Below are positions 49,823-62,729 of a DNA stretch of 64,000 nucleotides, piece by piece (the first letter of the stretch is position 1; the number at the start of each line of letters is the position of its first letter). The position numbers and the translations under genes are program-made. Under the pieces are notes generated by a model. That model did not search any database. It was not told the origin of the DNA and saw only the letters and a list, made by a program, of their open reading frames with translations. Source of the stretch: Octopus sinensis (lineage: Eukaryota); contig NC_043010.1 in assembly GCF_006345805.1 (NCBI RefSeq), positions 4,030,001 through 4,094,000 on the forward strand, written 5' to 3'.

Positions 49823-50065
49823 TGTTTGCTGACACTGTAGTAATATTATTGGAAAACAACATTGTTATTAGGATATTATGTTGAACAGTCAATGATCTAT
49901 ATCTATAAACTGTATATATGTGTGTGTGTATTAAATACACACACATACACAAACATAAATCCATACACACACACACAGTTTACAGATACAGATCATTGAC
50001 TGTTGAAAACAATATCCTAATAACAATGTTGTTTTCCAATAATATTACTACGGTGTCAGCAAACA
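49823..50065. mobile_element. Fold-back MITE-like element with ~90-bp arms and a CA/TG-repeat centre
   Basis: GTTTGCTGACACTGTAGTAATATTATTGGAAAACAACATTGTTATTAGGATATT and its near-exact reverse complement. Confidence 0.8.
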
Positions 50066-50714
50066 ACTTTGCATCTAAGGAACGTCTTTGTAGTTAGTCC
50101 CACTACAAAGATTCTGTCCACACTAATTACATGATACAATTAATAAGTTTATGTTTGATTGAAATGGATATAATAACAAGCTGTGTAACTTTGTAAATAT
50201 TAGTTGTTGTGAGTCTAAGTAATATAGACTCTATGTTATAAAATTCACAGCTGATATATTACAAGTTAATAATTTAGAGGAACATTTAAACTGTATTTTG
50301 CATGACTTCATTACTTTTATTCTTTTCATAGTCATAAACCAGAAGTGATTGGCTGCTTGAAGATGAAGAATAATCACTATTATTCAAATTAGTTGTTTAT
50401 GTATCCAAAATTATTTTGAATGTTTAAACTTATGTAAAAAATGCTTCTATTTATATGATCAGAATAGTAGTAAGTTGGTAGCTTGTGATATAGGTTAAGT
50501 TGAAGTTTCTTGTGATGAAATATATTGTAAATGATTGGTAAAGTAGATGAATCTTTACCTACATAATGAACCATTATTGTTATTGCAGTTTTCTGAAAAT
50601 CTTTCTAGTTAGCTTTTTTTTTTTTACACTTTTACTCAGGAGGAAAAGTTGTTAGCCCTAACACTTGACAGAGCCTTTGAAACTACAGACACAACCTGAA
50701 TGCTTGCAATAGAC

Positions 50715-51032
50715 TGGATTCTGCTAGAGGTACCATTCGAGTGCGATCATTACCAACATCGCCTTACCGGCACCTGTGCTGGTGGCATGTGTAAAAAGAT
50801 TCGAGCGAGGTCATTGTCAGTACCGCCTGACTGGCCCCCGTGCTGGTGGCACATAAAAAGCACCCACTACACTCTCGGAGTGGTTGGCATTAGGAAGGGC
50901 ACCCAGCTGTAGAAACTCTGCCAAATCAAGATTGGAGCCTGATGCAGCTATTTGGTTCGCCAGCCTTCAGTCAGAATCGTCCAACCCATGCCAGCATGGA
51001 AAGTGGACGTTAAACGATGATGATGATGATGA
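50715..51032 (+). mobile_element. RTE 3'-end fragment with (GAT)n tail
   Basis: Matches 17140-17462. Confidence 0.85.
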
Positions 51033-52283
51033 TGTACCAAGCTGCTTGGTGGAATTGTTAAACTGGATAACATATTAAGTCTACCACCCAAGCAAGCCAT
51101 GAAAGGATTTCAATTCATACTGCAAAGAGGCAGAACAGGTAACTCAAGGCATCTAGTCTAACATTCATATAATTCCACTAATTGGATTGATACTTTTTTT
51201 CCTGACCTCAAAAAGGCAAAAGGGTGAATTGACCTTGGTGGGATTTTGACTCAGAATGCAGACAGCTGGAACAGATACCATGAGCCATTCTATCCAACAT
51301 CCTAATAGCTCTGCAATTCAAATAGTTTAAAATATGATACTATTTTAACTTAATAATTTTTGTGAAAATTTTAGTTATTGAATTTCAAATAGTCTTGAAA
51401 TGTATTGTGAGTTGTGACTTAATTCTGTCCATAGGTTTATGGTATGATTAATTTAACCAAAAGTGACTTGTGATATTATGTTGTTGCTATTCTGTTTTGG
51501 TAAGGAATAAGCACAGAATCTAGCTTCAGTATATTTCATTTAATATGTATGCTATAATTTTTATGACTGCAATGCCATATATGCAATAAAATCACTTAAG
51601 ATTCCATCTGTGTTTGGTGCTTTTTCTGCATTCACCTTGCAGAAAGTATCCTATAATTTGGCTTTAGCTGTTGGCAGTCCATGGCAACAGCTCTTTCTCC
51701 ATGACTTTCTTCAAATAATCTTTTAATAGATTCAGATTGTCATTGAAATCTGACTAGTTTTCCCATCAGGGTGTTTCCGTTTCGGTCATTTATAAATCCA
51801 GTTATTCTTGGTCACACATTTCCTGTTGCCTATACTGTATGTACTTAAAATTCATATAAAATTTGCTATCAACCTTCTGTGATGTTCTAGCTATTTTTGT
51901 TAGCCATGTTGTATTGTTGTTATACACCTTTATTGATTTTCTTCTTTCAGGAAAGGAAGGATATATTTAATTTTTTTTTCTTCTTTTTGTTTTATTTTTC
52001 TTTCAATCTTATGAATATGATGATATAAATTTCACCATTCAACCATTTCTTGGAAATATCCCCTTTTTCCCTTCTTCAGAAGATTTATTTTATTCTTCTT
52101 CCTCAAAGTCTTCTATCAGAATCTTTCATTTTTCTCTGCATCGTTATTATGATAATGCAGTTTAGCGAACCTATTCTCTACATTGAAACTTATTATGAGT
52201 TGATAAGGCTTAATACTGAAAGAGACCATATCATCATTATTATCAGCAGCATCAGTAGCATCAGCAGTAGTACTTGTAGTAGC

Positions 52284-52333
<50 letters not shown>

Positions 52334-52839
52334 CAGCAGCAGCAGTCTTAGTAGTACTAACAGCAGCAGTAGTAGATTTGGTATTGAAGCAGACGGACAT
52401 CTCTGAAGATATTACTAAATTTTACTGAATGAAGATGCTTCTTTCTTTTCCAATTTTTAAAAAATTATTTTGTAAATAGAGGTCATCAAAATGTTTGGAT
52501 GTCTAACCCAATTCATTGGGTAGATAAAAAATCTATCTTTCATTAAAAAATTAAAAAAAATTTTTTTTGTTAATTCTGTTTTTACAAAACTTTTCTTAGG
52601 TTTACAGGTTTTGAAACTGATTTCTTCTATCAAAAGGCCAGTAACAAGCACCGATATTGGGTTTATCCTCTGACGTAATGTTCTGGATTCAAATACCGCT
52701 GAGGTCCACTTTGCCTTTTCTCCTTTCGGATCAATAAATACTGGAGTCGATATAATGAACTTACCCACACCCTCAAAATTGCTGGCCTTGAAATCAATGT
52801 TAAGAATACCCTCTCAGAAGAAAATGATGAAATAATTAT

Positions 52840-53037
52840 TCTTTTATTTGTTTCAGTTATTTGACTGCAGCCATGCTGGAGCACCGCCTTTAGTCGAGCA
52901 AATTGACCCCAGGACTTATTCTTTGTAAGCCTAGTACTTATTCTATCGGTCTCTCTTGTCGAACTGCTAACTTACAGGGAAGTAAACACACCAGCATCAG
53001 TTGTCAAGTGATGGTGGGGGGACAAACACAGACACAC

Positions 53038-53133
<96 letters not shown>

Positions 53134-53260
53134 CGACGGGCTTCTTTCAGTTTCCATCTACCAAATCCACTCACAAGGCTTTGGTCAGCCCGAGGCTATA
53201 GTAGAAGACACTTGCCCAAGGTGCCATGCAGTGGGACTGAACTTGGATCCATGTGGTTCC
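52840..53260 (-). mobile_element. SINE family B with an ~80-bp (CA)n centre
   Basis: Homologous to 43170-43588; head slightly truncated. Confidence 0.9.
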
Positions 53261-53599
53261 ACCTATGTTCAAAGTACATTGAAATGAAATTAATACTATA
53301 GATTTTGAAAAAGTTACTCTGAACAGATTTTAAAATAAAATAAATAAATAAAAAATAAGTTAAATGACAATGAAACAAGTAGATACACCACAAAATGCAG
53401 ACAGTCACCATTAGACAATAGAAATCGCAATACCACTTCTCAAAAATACTAACACAAGCAACAGAAATAATGTGTACTTGTATGATGCAGTTCCAGACCT
53501 CTTATCCAGCGTCTGAAAATCTAGCATTTTTAGAAATCCAAAAATACTGTGCAATATGGTGCACCTTGCATTTAATGGATGATGCAATCACTTTTGGAC

Positions 53600-53952
53600 A
53601 GGCACTTGTTTATATATTCAGTCTTGGCCTCATTGAGGTAAAGACCTACACAATTTGAGGCTTGTTCGAGAGATTGTAAAAGAGACTGGGCATTGGTGAG
53701 AGAATCACTGAGGAGAGTCCAGTTTGCTGGACATTATTGTAGAGCTGAAAACGAGGCAATCTCTACTCTTCTCCTCTGGAAGCCATCTACTTGCAATACC
53801 AGAGGGCGCACACTCTCCTACCCTGATGTAATCTCCAGGGATACAGGCATCCAGCAACAGGACCTCTAATGCCATGATGGACAGTGAAGTCTGGCATAGC
53901 ATGGTAAATTCCATTGTCTCAACCACGGTCGAACAATGATGATGATGATGCA
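53600..53952 (+). mobile_element. 3' end of a second RTE-like LINE family
   Basis: RRVQFAGHY.RAENEAISTLLLWKP...RGRTLSYPDVISRDTG..AMMDSEVW..VEQ* followed by a (TGA)n tail. Confidence 0.75.
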
Positions 53953-54967
53953 TTTAATGGACCCTGTTTTTGAAGTCTGTTAATTTGCATGTGTAGTGTA
54001 AAAAATTGCTTTGTTCTTTATTTTCTTTAAGTGGATTGATAAAGGTTAAACATACTAGAAGTTGTATTAACAACATCAGCGGATCCAAAAATCTACTATT
54101 TTCATATCTTGGCATCTGAAGCGAGCTGGAGATACGATAGTTTAACCAAAAGAACCGGCTGTTTGAAGCAAAATTAAATATTGAAAAAAAAAAGGCATTT
54201 GGCCAAATTTGGACATACAACAGTTTAGCATAATAGCAGCGATATATATCATAAATACTTATACACAAATATGTTTTTCATTCTGTTAGATATGAAATCT
54301 GGAGGCTCAAATTCAACTTGCTTTTTAGTCCCTCATGTTTGGGGGTAAATAAGAAATTATAAACTCATACGTCTGTCTTTTGAGGCTATTTGAAGATTTG
54401 AGGATTGTAGGAAAGAGTTTTTGCCTTTCATCCTTTCGGGGTCGATAAATTAAGTACCAGTTACGCACTGGGGTCGATGTAATTGACTTAATCCCTTTGT
54501 CTGTCCCCTCTATGTTTAGCCCCTTGTAGGCAATAAAGAAATATATCAGTCACCAATGGATGTTTTAGTTCCAAAGAAAAGTTTTGTTTCAACAATGTGG
54601 AATCATGTTTGACAAAAAATAATCTCAAATCTGTTTTTTTCATCTTATTTCCATTGACTCTGTACTATTCCAAATCAATGCTGACCAAATTAGTTTTAGC
54701 TTCAGGAAATAGGAAATTTTAAAGAATAAAATAATAATAATAAGTTACCACAAAAGCTAGAGCAACTACTTTTTTGCTCCACTGATAGTTTTTTCTTTAG
54801 ATGTCATTAAGTTTATTGCAGCAGATTGTCTTACTTTCAATGCTGTAATATTGACATTTACTTTCATTATCAAATATCACCTTTTCTCCATATTTTTAAA
54901 TGTTATGAAAAAATTGTTTTTTGCTAATTAGTTTTCTTAGTGTCCTTTTATTCATGTGTGTGTGTAT

Positions 54968-55047
<80 letters not shown>

Positions 55048-55082
55048 GTCTATCTATCTGTCTATTTACCTATCTGTGTGTT

Positions 55083-55124
<42 letters not shown>

Positions 55125-55256
55125 ATATATTATATATATATATATGTGTGTGTGTGTATGTGTGTGTATGTCTGAAAATAGAATTTAGTAATTGATGGAT
55201 ACACTAGTTTTCCCTCACCTTTGTTTTCATAAGAATATTATTATTAGTACTGTTAC

Positions 55257-55290
<34 letters not shown>

Positions 55291-55291
55291 T

Positions 55292-55842
55292 GAGTGAGAG
55301 AGTACCGTATGCCATCAAAGTGACACTGGAGTACAAATATACGAAGCCCAATATACCCCTCATGACTACCCATCTGATAAAGGTACATTAGGCACATGCA
55401 TCACAACCATATGTATACAACATGGTAATCTCATATCAAAATAAAAAGTACATGACATTGCATGTGGGAGTCAGTTAGAATTTTCTTCATGTTGAGTATC
55501 CCATCCTGTTCAAGAGCTCCCTGAATTAAGGTTTTTTAAGGATGATGAATGAAATATCCGTGTTTCCAGAGGTGAATTATTGAAACCCCAAAGAATCTCT
55601 CTCTACACATGGCTATGATGCTCCCCTACGACTCCTCCTCATGATCTGAGATACAGTATCATCAGCCATCCAGAGACATGCTCAACTGGTTAGGATCAAA
55701 TAACTGACAAGCAAATCTGTAGTATTGAGCAGAATATTTGCTGTAGCCCATCTTTTTATACCAAGACAAAACATCTGGATGTTAACACTTCCAATCAGCT
55801 TAGATCAGAAGCCGTGAGAGCCACTGACTGGCACTGCATCAG
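55292..55842 (-). mobile_element. ~540-bp (AAT)n-tailed retroposon, copy 2
   Basis: Homologous to 57267-57811. Confidence 0.85.
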
Positions 55843-56489
55843 AACAAACCTACTGCCTGTTACTGGTCAGGGTAAGAAGCCACTGCCTGGAAAATGTTGT
55901 TATGCATCTGTCTTCAAAATATGATCTTGTCTAGCATTACCAAGTGAAATTTTCATAGGAACACTTTTAAAAAGAAGGCTTCCCTTGATACCCAAGGTAG
56001 ACAACAACAACAACAAAATAAATAAATAAATAAATAAAGGAGGTTTAAAATTTTATTTACACTCATTTCATTTTCATATCCCAAACAACTGCCGCACATA
56101 TGTTACAAGTCTAAACATTGCAATGGGAGAAAAATCAAAACACAAAAGCGAATGTACAAGTGGAAGAAGAAAATAAATAGTTTAGGGAAGAATTAATTGA
56201 AGAAAATACTCCAAATACTGAAATAAGTTATTTTGAAGACAGTGACAATAGTAACAACATTAATAACAGTTGAGGCTCTTATACAATTTCAAATACTGTG
56301 TTCTGTTCATATAGCAGTTGAGCAAAAGCAAACCTTCCTATCACAGTTACAAGAAAAAGTGTCGGATAATTTTGTAAAATAAAACAGCATTTCTTTGCCT
56401 CAGAATCAAATGCAAGAGAGAGGAAAGCAAAAACATATACATCTGCTGAGAGAATGGCACTAAAATATAATCTTCCCTTACATCAAGTA

Positions 56490-56950
56490 GTACAACAAGC
56501 TCTTCAGGACGTATTGGGAAGTTATTGAATAAGATGGGGTGAAGGACTGATCCCTTGGTGGACCCCTACCCCTACTCAGAATTCTTCACTATACTTGTTG
56601 GCAAACCTCACCTTACTGACAGCATCCCTGTACAGAGCTTGTACAGCTCTTACCAGCCATTTGTCTATTCCCAGTTTCTGCATTGACCACCAGATGAGGG
56701 ATCGGGGACCCTGTCAAAGGTTTTCTCCAAGTCAGCAAAAGCCAAGTACAGAGGTTTATCTTCGGTTAGGTATTTCTCCTGCAGTTGCCTTACCAGAAAT
56801 ATAGCATCAGTGGTACTTCTGCATGGCACAAAACCAAACTGCATCTCATCTAGGCTAACTCTCTCCCTAATTAGTTGGGCTGTGTCCCTCTCTGTAACTT
56901 TCATCACCTAATCCAATAATTTGATACCCCTGTAGTTATTTCTATCTAAT
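56490..56950 (-). mobile_element. Internal RTE reverse transcriptase fragment
   Basis: NYRGIKLL, QFGFVPCRSTTDAIFLVRQLQEKYL, LAFADLEK.FDRVP, GVHQGSVL. Confidence 0.9.
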
Positions 56951-57223
56951 AATAAAGTATATATATGTGTGTGTGTATGTGTGTGTGTGTATTTATATGT
57001 ATGTATCTATGTGTGTATGTCTGTGTGTCTGTGTTTGTCCACTACCCCCCATCACTGCTGGACAACCAGTGTTTATGTGTTTACGTCCTCTGTAACTTAG
57101 TGGTTGAGTAAAAGAGACTGATAGAATAAGTATTAGGCTTAAAAAAGATTTTTTTAACAAATAAATCCTGAGGTCGATTTGTTTGACTAAAACCCTTTAA
57201 TTTATTTTTATTATTATTGTTAC

Positions 57224-57266
<43 letters not shown>

Positions 57267-57811
57267 GAGTGAGAGAGCAGTGCATGCCATCAAAGTGACA
57301 CTGGGGTAAAATATACAAAGCCCAGTATACCCATCATGACTACCCGCCTGATAAGGGTACACTAGGCACATGCATCACAACCATATGTGCGCGACATGGT
57401 GATCTCATATCAAGATAAACAGCACATGACCTTGTGGATGGGGCCCAGTTAGAATTTTCTTCTGGTCAAATAACCCATCCTGCTCAAAAGATCCCTGAAT
57501 AAGGATTGTTTAAGGATGTTGAATGAAACACCCATGTTTCCAGAGGTGAACTATTCAAACTCCAAAGAATCCCTCTCAACACATGGCTATGATGCTCCCC
57601 CACTACTTCTGCTCGTGATCAGAGATGCACATATCGTCAGCCGCTAAGGGACATGCTCAACTGGTTAAGGTCAAACTACTGACAAGCAAATCTGTGGTTT
57701 TGAGCAGAATATTTGCTGTAACCCATCTTTTATACCAAGACAAAACAATGTACATAACACTTCCAATCAGTTAAGATCAGAAGCCATGAGAGCCACTGCC
57801 TGGTACTGCAT
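57267..57811 (-). mobile_element. ~540-bp (AAT)n-tailed retroposon, copy 3
   Basis: (ATT)n on both flanks. Confidence 0.88.
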
Positions 57812-57834
57812 ATTATTATTACTAGTATTAATAA

Positions 57835-58030
57835 GGCAGTGAGCTGGCAGAATCATTAGCATGCTGGACGAGATGCTTAGTAGTATTTTGCCCATTGCTA
57901 CATTCTGAGTTCAAATTTCACCGAGGTCGACTTTGCCTTTCATCCTTCTGGGGTTGATAAACTGAGTACCAATGAAATACTGGGGATGATGTAATTGACT
58001 AGTCCTCTACCACCAAATTCCAGGCCTGGT
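57835..58030 (+). mobile_element. Diverged SINE family A
   Basis: GGCAGTGAGCTGGCAG head and GTCGACTTTGCCTTTCATCC core. Confidence 0.8.
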
Positions 58031-58044
58031 GTCTTTTAGGAAGG

Positions 58045-58089
<45 letters not shown>

Positions 58090-58397
58090 GTGGGGGTATA
58101 TGGCCTAATGGTTAAGATGTTGAAGTCAAGATCATGAGATTGTTGTTTCAATTCCTGGATCAGGTAGTGCATTGAGTTCTTGAGCAAAATACTTCATCTC
58201 ACATTGCTCTGTGATCACTTCAGCACTTAACATGTAGTACACTGTGCACCTGCACAGGTAGCATCAATTGATGGAAGGAGTGAGCTACTGTACAGCACAT
58301 ACATTTCACTACTGTAAACAAATCATTTGTTCAGATCATTCAGCAAAAACTGAATGTTCATATGTCGTCTTCAGTAGGAGATTCCACCATAATAATG

Positions 58398-58431
<34 letters not shown>

Positions 58432-58766
58432 GGGGGAGCATCATAGCCATGTGTTGAGAGGGATTCTTTGGGGTTTGAATAATTCACCTCTGGAAACATG
58501 GGTGTTTCCTTCAACATCCTTAAACAACCCTTATTCAGGGACCTTTTGAGCGGGATGGGCTACTCAACCTGAAGAAAATTCTAACTGGGACCCACCTGCA
58601 AGGTCATGTGCTGTTTATTTTGATATGAGATCACCATGTCGCGCACATATGGTTGTGATGCATGTGCCTGGTGTACCCTTATCAGACGGGTAGTCATGAT
58701 GGGTATATCGGGCTTCGTATATTTTACCCCAGTGTCACTTTAATGGCATGAATTGCTCTCTCACTC
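58432..58766 (+). mobile_element. 5'-truncated (AAT)n-tailed retroposon, copy 4
   Basis: (AAT)n directly before (58391-58431) and after (58767 onward). Confidence 0.88.
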
Positions 58767-59499
58767 AATAATAATAATGATAATAGTAATAATAACAATA
58801 ATAATAACAACAACAACAACAACAACAACAACAGTAGTAGTAGTAGTAGTAGTAGTAGTACTAGTAATATTGCATTGAGAAAGTGTATTTGAAATATAAC
58901 TTAGAATATATGTTTGTTGATTATATACACAGCCAGTTATCTTTTTTTCTGCGTAGCCTAAATTACTTTATTGTGAAGTATTGAAATCAGAAATTTTCTA
59001 AATTAAAAAAAAAAAAAAGAAAAGAAAGGAAAAAAGAAGGAAAAATTCTTTACACAATGAAGAGAATCAAAATTTCTGTTGAGCATTTTGTTACTTTCGA
59101 AACGCTTTTGCAATTACTAATCTTTTAAATACTGCATTAGATGTTTGCAGTAGAATTAGTAGAACTGGTGTTTGTGCATTTGCAGTTAGATGTCTTTTTG
59201 TTTTTATTGTCAGCCACTGACTTAAAAAATTGTACTTTCTTCAGGATAATAAAACAAGATAGATATGTATTTGGCATATATACATATATACATACATTTG
59301 TTATAAAATGGTAGTTTTTAAACTTTGTCTGAAATAAATTTCATTTTGTTAAAGTTATTCAATAACGAGTTAATATATTTATCTTTTACTTGTTTCTGTC
59401 TTTAGACTGCAGCCATCTTGAGACCTGCTTTGAAAGGATTAGTTGAACAAATCCAAATCCACCCCAGTATTTATTTTTAAGCCTTGTATTTATTCTGTA

Positions 59500-59896
59500 C
59501 TAGCAGTATTGCCCGGCGTTGCTCGGGTTTGTAAGGGAAATAACTATATAAGCATTTTTAGAGAGTTATAGCCAAAAAATAGCAAAAAAATGCATTAAAA
59601 ATTGAAAAAAAATTAAGGTAATTTTTTTTTAAATCGTTGACACATCGTAGATATTTTTAGAGAGTTACTTCCCTTATATAATAACGAAAAATATGCATTA
59701 AAATGGAAAAATATGATGGTAAATTTTTTTTAAATCGTAGACTCATCGTAGACGCGCGCTAATACCCAGAAGGGCTCGATATGAATCACGACTATAAGAT
59801 ACCCGCTTTTGGTTAAACTACACCGCAAAATGTGGGAGTAGTTACGAAACTAAATCGTAGGAGACAGACACACAACTTCACTCTTATATATAAAGA
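59500..59896 (-). mobile_element. Non-autonomous Helitron, 397 bp
   Basis: Minus strand: A|TC start at 59896, GC hairpin CCCGAGCAACGCCGGG 8 nt before CTAG|T at 59500; no TSD. Confidence 0.85.
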
Positions 59897-60008
59897 TATA
59901 AGCCACGTAGTTATATACACATACTTTGTTATATACACATTCTTAAAAGAAAATGTTATTTTGAACACAACATTTACAAAGAATAAAATATTTTTTGGTT
60001 TTTCTTAA

Positions 60009-60825
60009 CCCTTTCGTTACTATATTTCTGACCAAAATACACCCCTTATGTGTTTCAATTAATTTCTAACGTAATCATAAATTTAGTCTGGTTTCATTAA
60101 ACAACTATAACTTTTTTATTTATGAATACATTAATCTGATTTTGGAAGATAATTTAGTGAAATGTTCTCAACCAATTCTATACTATAATTTTTGTCACAA
60201 AGTGACTCTAATTGCAGGTAGATACAGGTAAATTCAACAATATATAAAATTATTAAAATTTTGTTCAAACATCGCTATAGAAAATGAGTTATTAGCTAAT
60301 ATTCAATTGGGTATACAACAAATTTTACGATAGAATTTGTTATTCTGGGTAACTTTCTAATACCCATAATAATATTTATGGCAAATTAGGCCTTAATTTC
60401 ATTTAAGGTTGTGGGAAATAACAAACTATCGTTTCTTTCGCTTTGTTTAGGTTGAGATCAAATACCACATGCTTTTTTTTTTCAGTCATAGAGTTAGATT
60501 TATGAAGGTCTTCAGTAGAAAATCCTTCGAATTCTGACTCGCTGCTTGATATAATGAAATTCGTATCCATTTTTTGTCAGAATTACAAATTTTGAAAACA
60601 CAATAGGAACAAATTTCGGAAAAAAATCTCCCATAATTCACGGAATTAAAATTACACTTCGATTTTTGTACAAAACTGTAGTTGAACTGTTTACGAAGTA
60701 TAATACGTGTTTTCACGAATGTTCTAAAGAGATTTACTCTGATATTCTCATTTAAATATGAATAGGTAAATTCGGGCGGCTTGGTCACATTAACCAAAAT
60801 TAATTTCGGGCGGTTTGGTGCAATT
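60009..60825 (-). mobile_element. Larger piggyBac derivative sharing an end with the 37258 MITE; other end eroded
   Basis: TTAA-CCCTTTCGTTACTAT terminus at 60005-60023; subterminal direct repeats TTCGGGCGG(C/T)TTGGT near 60771 and 60806. Confidence 0.65.
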
Positions 60826-61584
60826 ATATATACATATATCTATATATAATATTATATAATAAAATATATACAGAGTAAAATAAAAACCAATTTACCTTTT
60901 CTGTATTGTTATTCGACCGTCCGTGTGTCTTTGCAAATGTGTTGGAATGATAAGTGAGTTGTGTTTTGGCGCCTTTTTTTACTAATAACAACACACACGG
61001 TTTGTATGTAGTTGTTTGAAACGTTTGTGTTTGCCACTCTCATATATGTATGTGTATGCGTGTGTGTGAGGAATGACACACACACACTCACGCACGCACA
61101 CATGTACATCAATGCTTTTATGAGCGTCATAGAGAGAAACAAATATTACATCGCCATCGCATTCTATTTTCTACCTGTCAACACACAGTGAATTAGTTTC
61201 AGTTTATTCATTGCACACTGTGTGTGTGCGTTTGCGTGTGGTGTAAACCAGACTAAGAAAAGCATTTGACACACACACCAGAATGTGAGTTTTCTGTAAA
61301 TTTTGCTTAATTGGAGTTTAAATTTTAAAAACTGGACCTGGCATGACGCGATGCATTGTACTCTTAAAAATGCCAGGTAAATTGTAATTGAAGAAATCCT
61401 ATATTGTAGATTTGTATAACTCCCAAAGGGAGGCAGATAAAATCTGCCTTTTATAATAAGAGATTTACTCTTTTGCCAAACAACTAAGTTACAGGGATGT
61501 AAACAAACCAACACCAGTTGGTAAGCAGTGATGGAGGACAAACTCAAACTCAATTACAAAGACACACATGCATTGATATATTCA

Positions 61585-61706
61585 TATGTGTGTGTGTGTG
61601 CATGTGTGTGTGCATGTGTGTGTGCATGTGTGTGTGTGTGTGCATGTGTGTGTGTGCATGTGTGTGTGTGTGTGCATGTGCGTGTGTGTATGTGTGTGTG
61701 TGTGCA

Positions 61707-61754
<48 letters not shown>

Positions 61755-61765
61755 TGTGTGTGTAT
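61585..61765. repeat. Compound (TG)n/TGCA microsatellite within a decayed SINE B
   Basis: Direct reading. Confidence 0.95.
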
Positions 61766-61937
61766 GATGGACTTCTATACAGTTTCCATCCTCCAAATCC
61801 ACTTGTAAGGCTTTGGTTGGCCCAAGGTTACAGTAGAAGTGACACTGAATGCAAGATTACCTAATCGGAAAGCAAGCTTCTTAATCACAACATGATAGTT
61901 CACAGGTTTAATATCTTGTAATACACTTTTCAGAAAA

Positions 61938-62145
61938 GACGGTGAGCTGGCAGAAATGTTAGCATGCTGGGCGAAATGCTTAGTAGTATTTCGTCTGTCT
62001 TTACATTCAGGGTTCAAATTCCGCCAAGGTCAACTTTGCCTTTCATCCTTTTGGGGTTGATAAATTAAGCACCAGTTGTGTACTGGAGTCGATCTAATCG
62101 ACTGGCCCCAACAATTTTAGGCCTTGGCCTAGAGTAGAAATGAAT
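61938..62145 (+). mobile_element. SINE family A
   Basis: Head and core as in 542-775, with a variant tail. Confidence 0.8.
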
Positions 62146-62729
62146 ATACTTTTCAGAAAATATTCTGAATCTAGAAATAATTTTATTTTATAGCGGAGAC
62201 TGTATATTTTAGAGATTACATGTGAGTGATTAAGTGATTTACAAGTAAAAATATATTGAATTTACAACAGCAGAAATAGTTGAAAGAGAAAAAATTAAAA
62301 TATCTTGAAAGAAACAATAAATCTTATATTTTATTTTGAGTTCAACAATTGTTACAAGTGATTTTTACTCCTATCTTTTACCATTAGGCATGTTTGCATT
62401 GTTAAGAAGTTTGTATTGCAGACATGTAGATTGGAATTTAACTCTACTGCTTTGCACATCTTTTATTACAGCCCCAAACTGACTAGTTATTTTAGTGAAT
62501 TTTGGTTGACAAAAACTGTTCAGAAGCCTGTTAAGCACACACACATACACATGTATGCATGTATACAAACACACAGACACATCATTACCACCACCACCAC
62601 TATCACCACTATCATCATCATCATCATCTTTATATTAACGTACAGTTTTCCATGCTTGCATGGGCCACATGGAATTTCCTAAGGCTGACATTCTACAGTT
62701 GGATACCATCCTTGTCATCAACCTTCACC

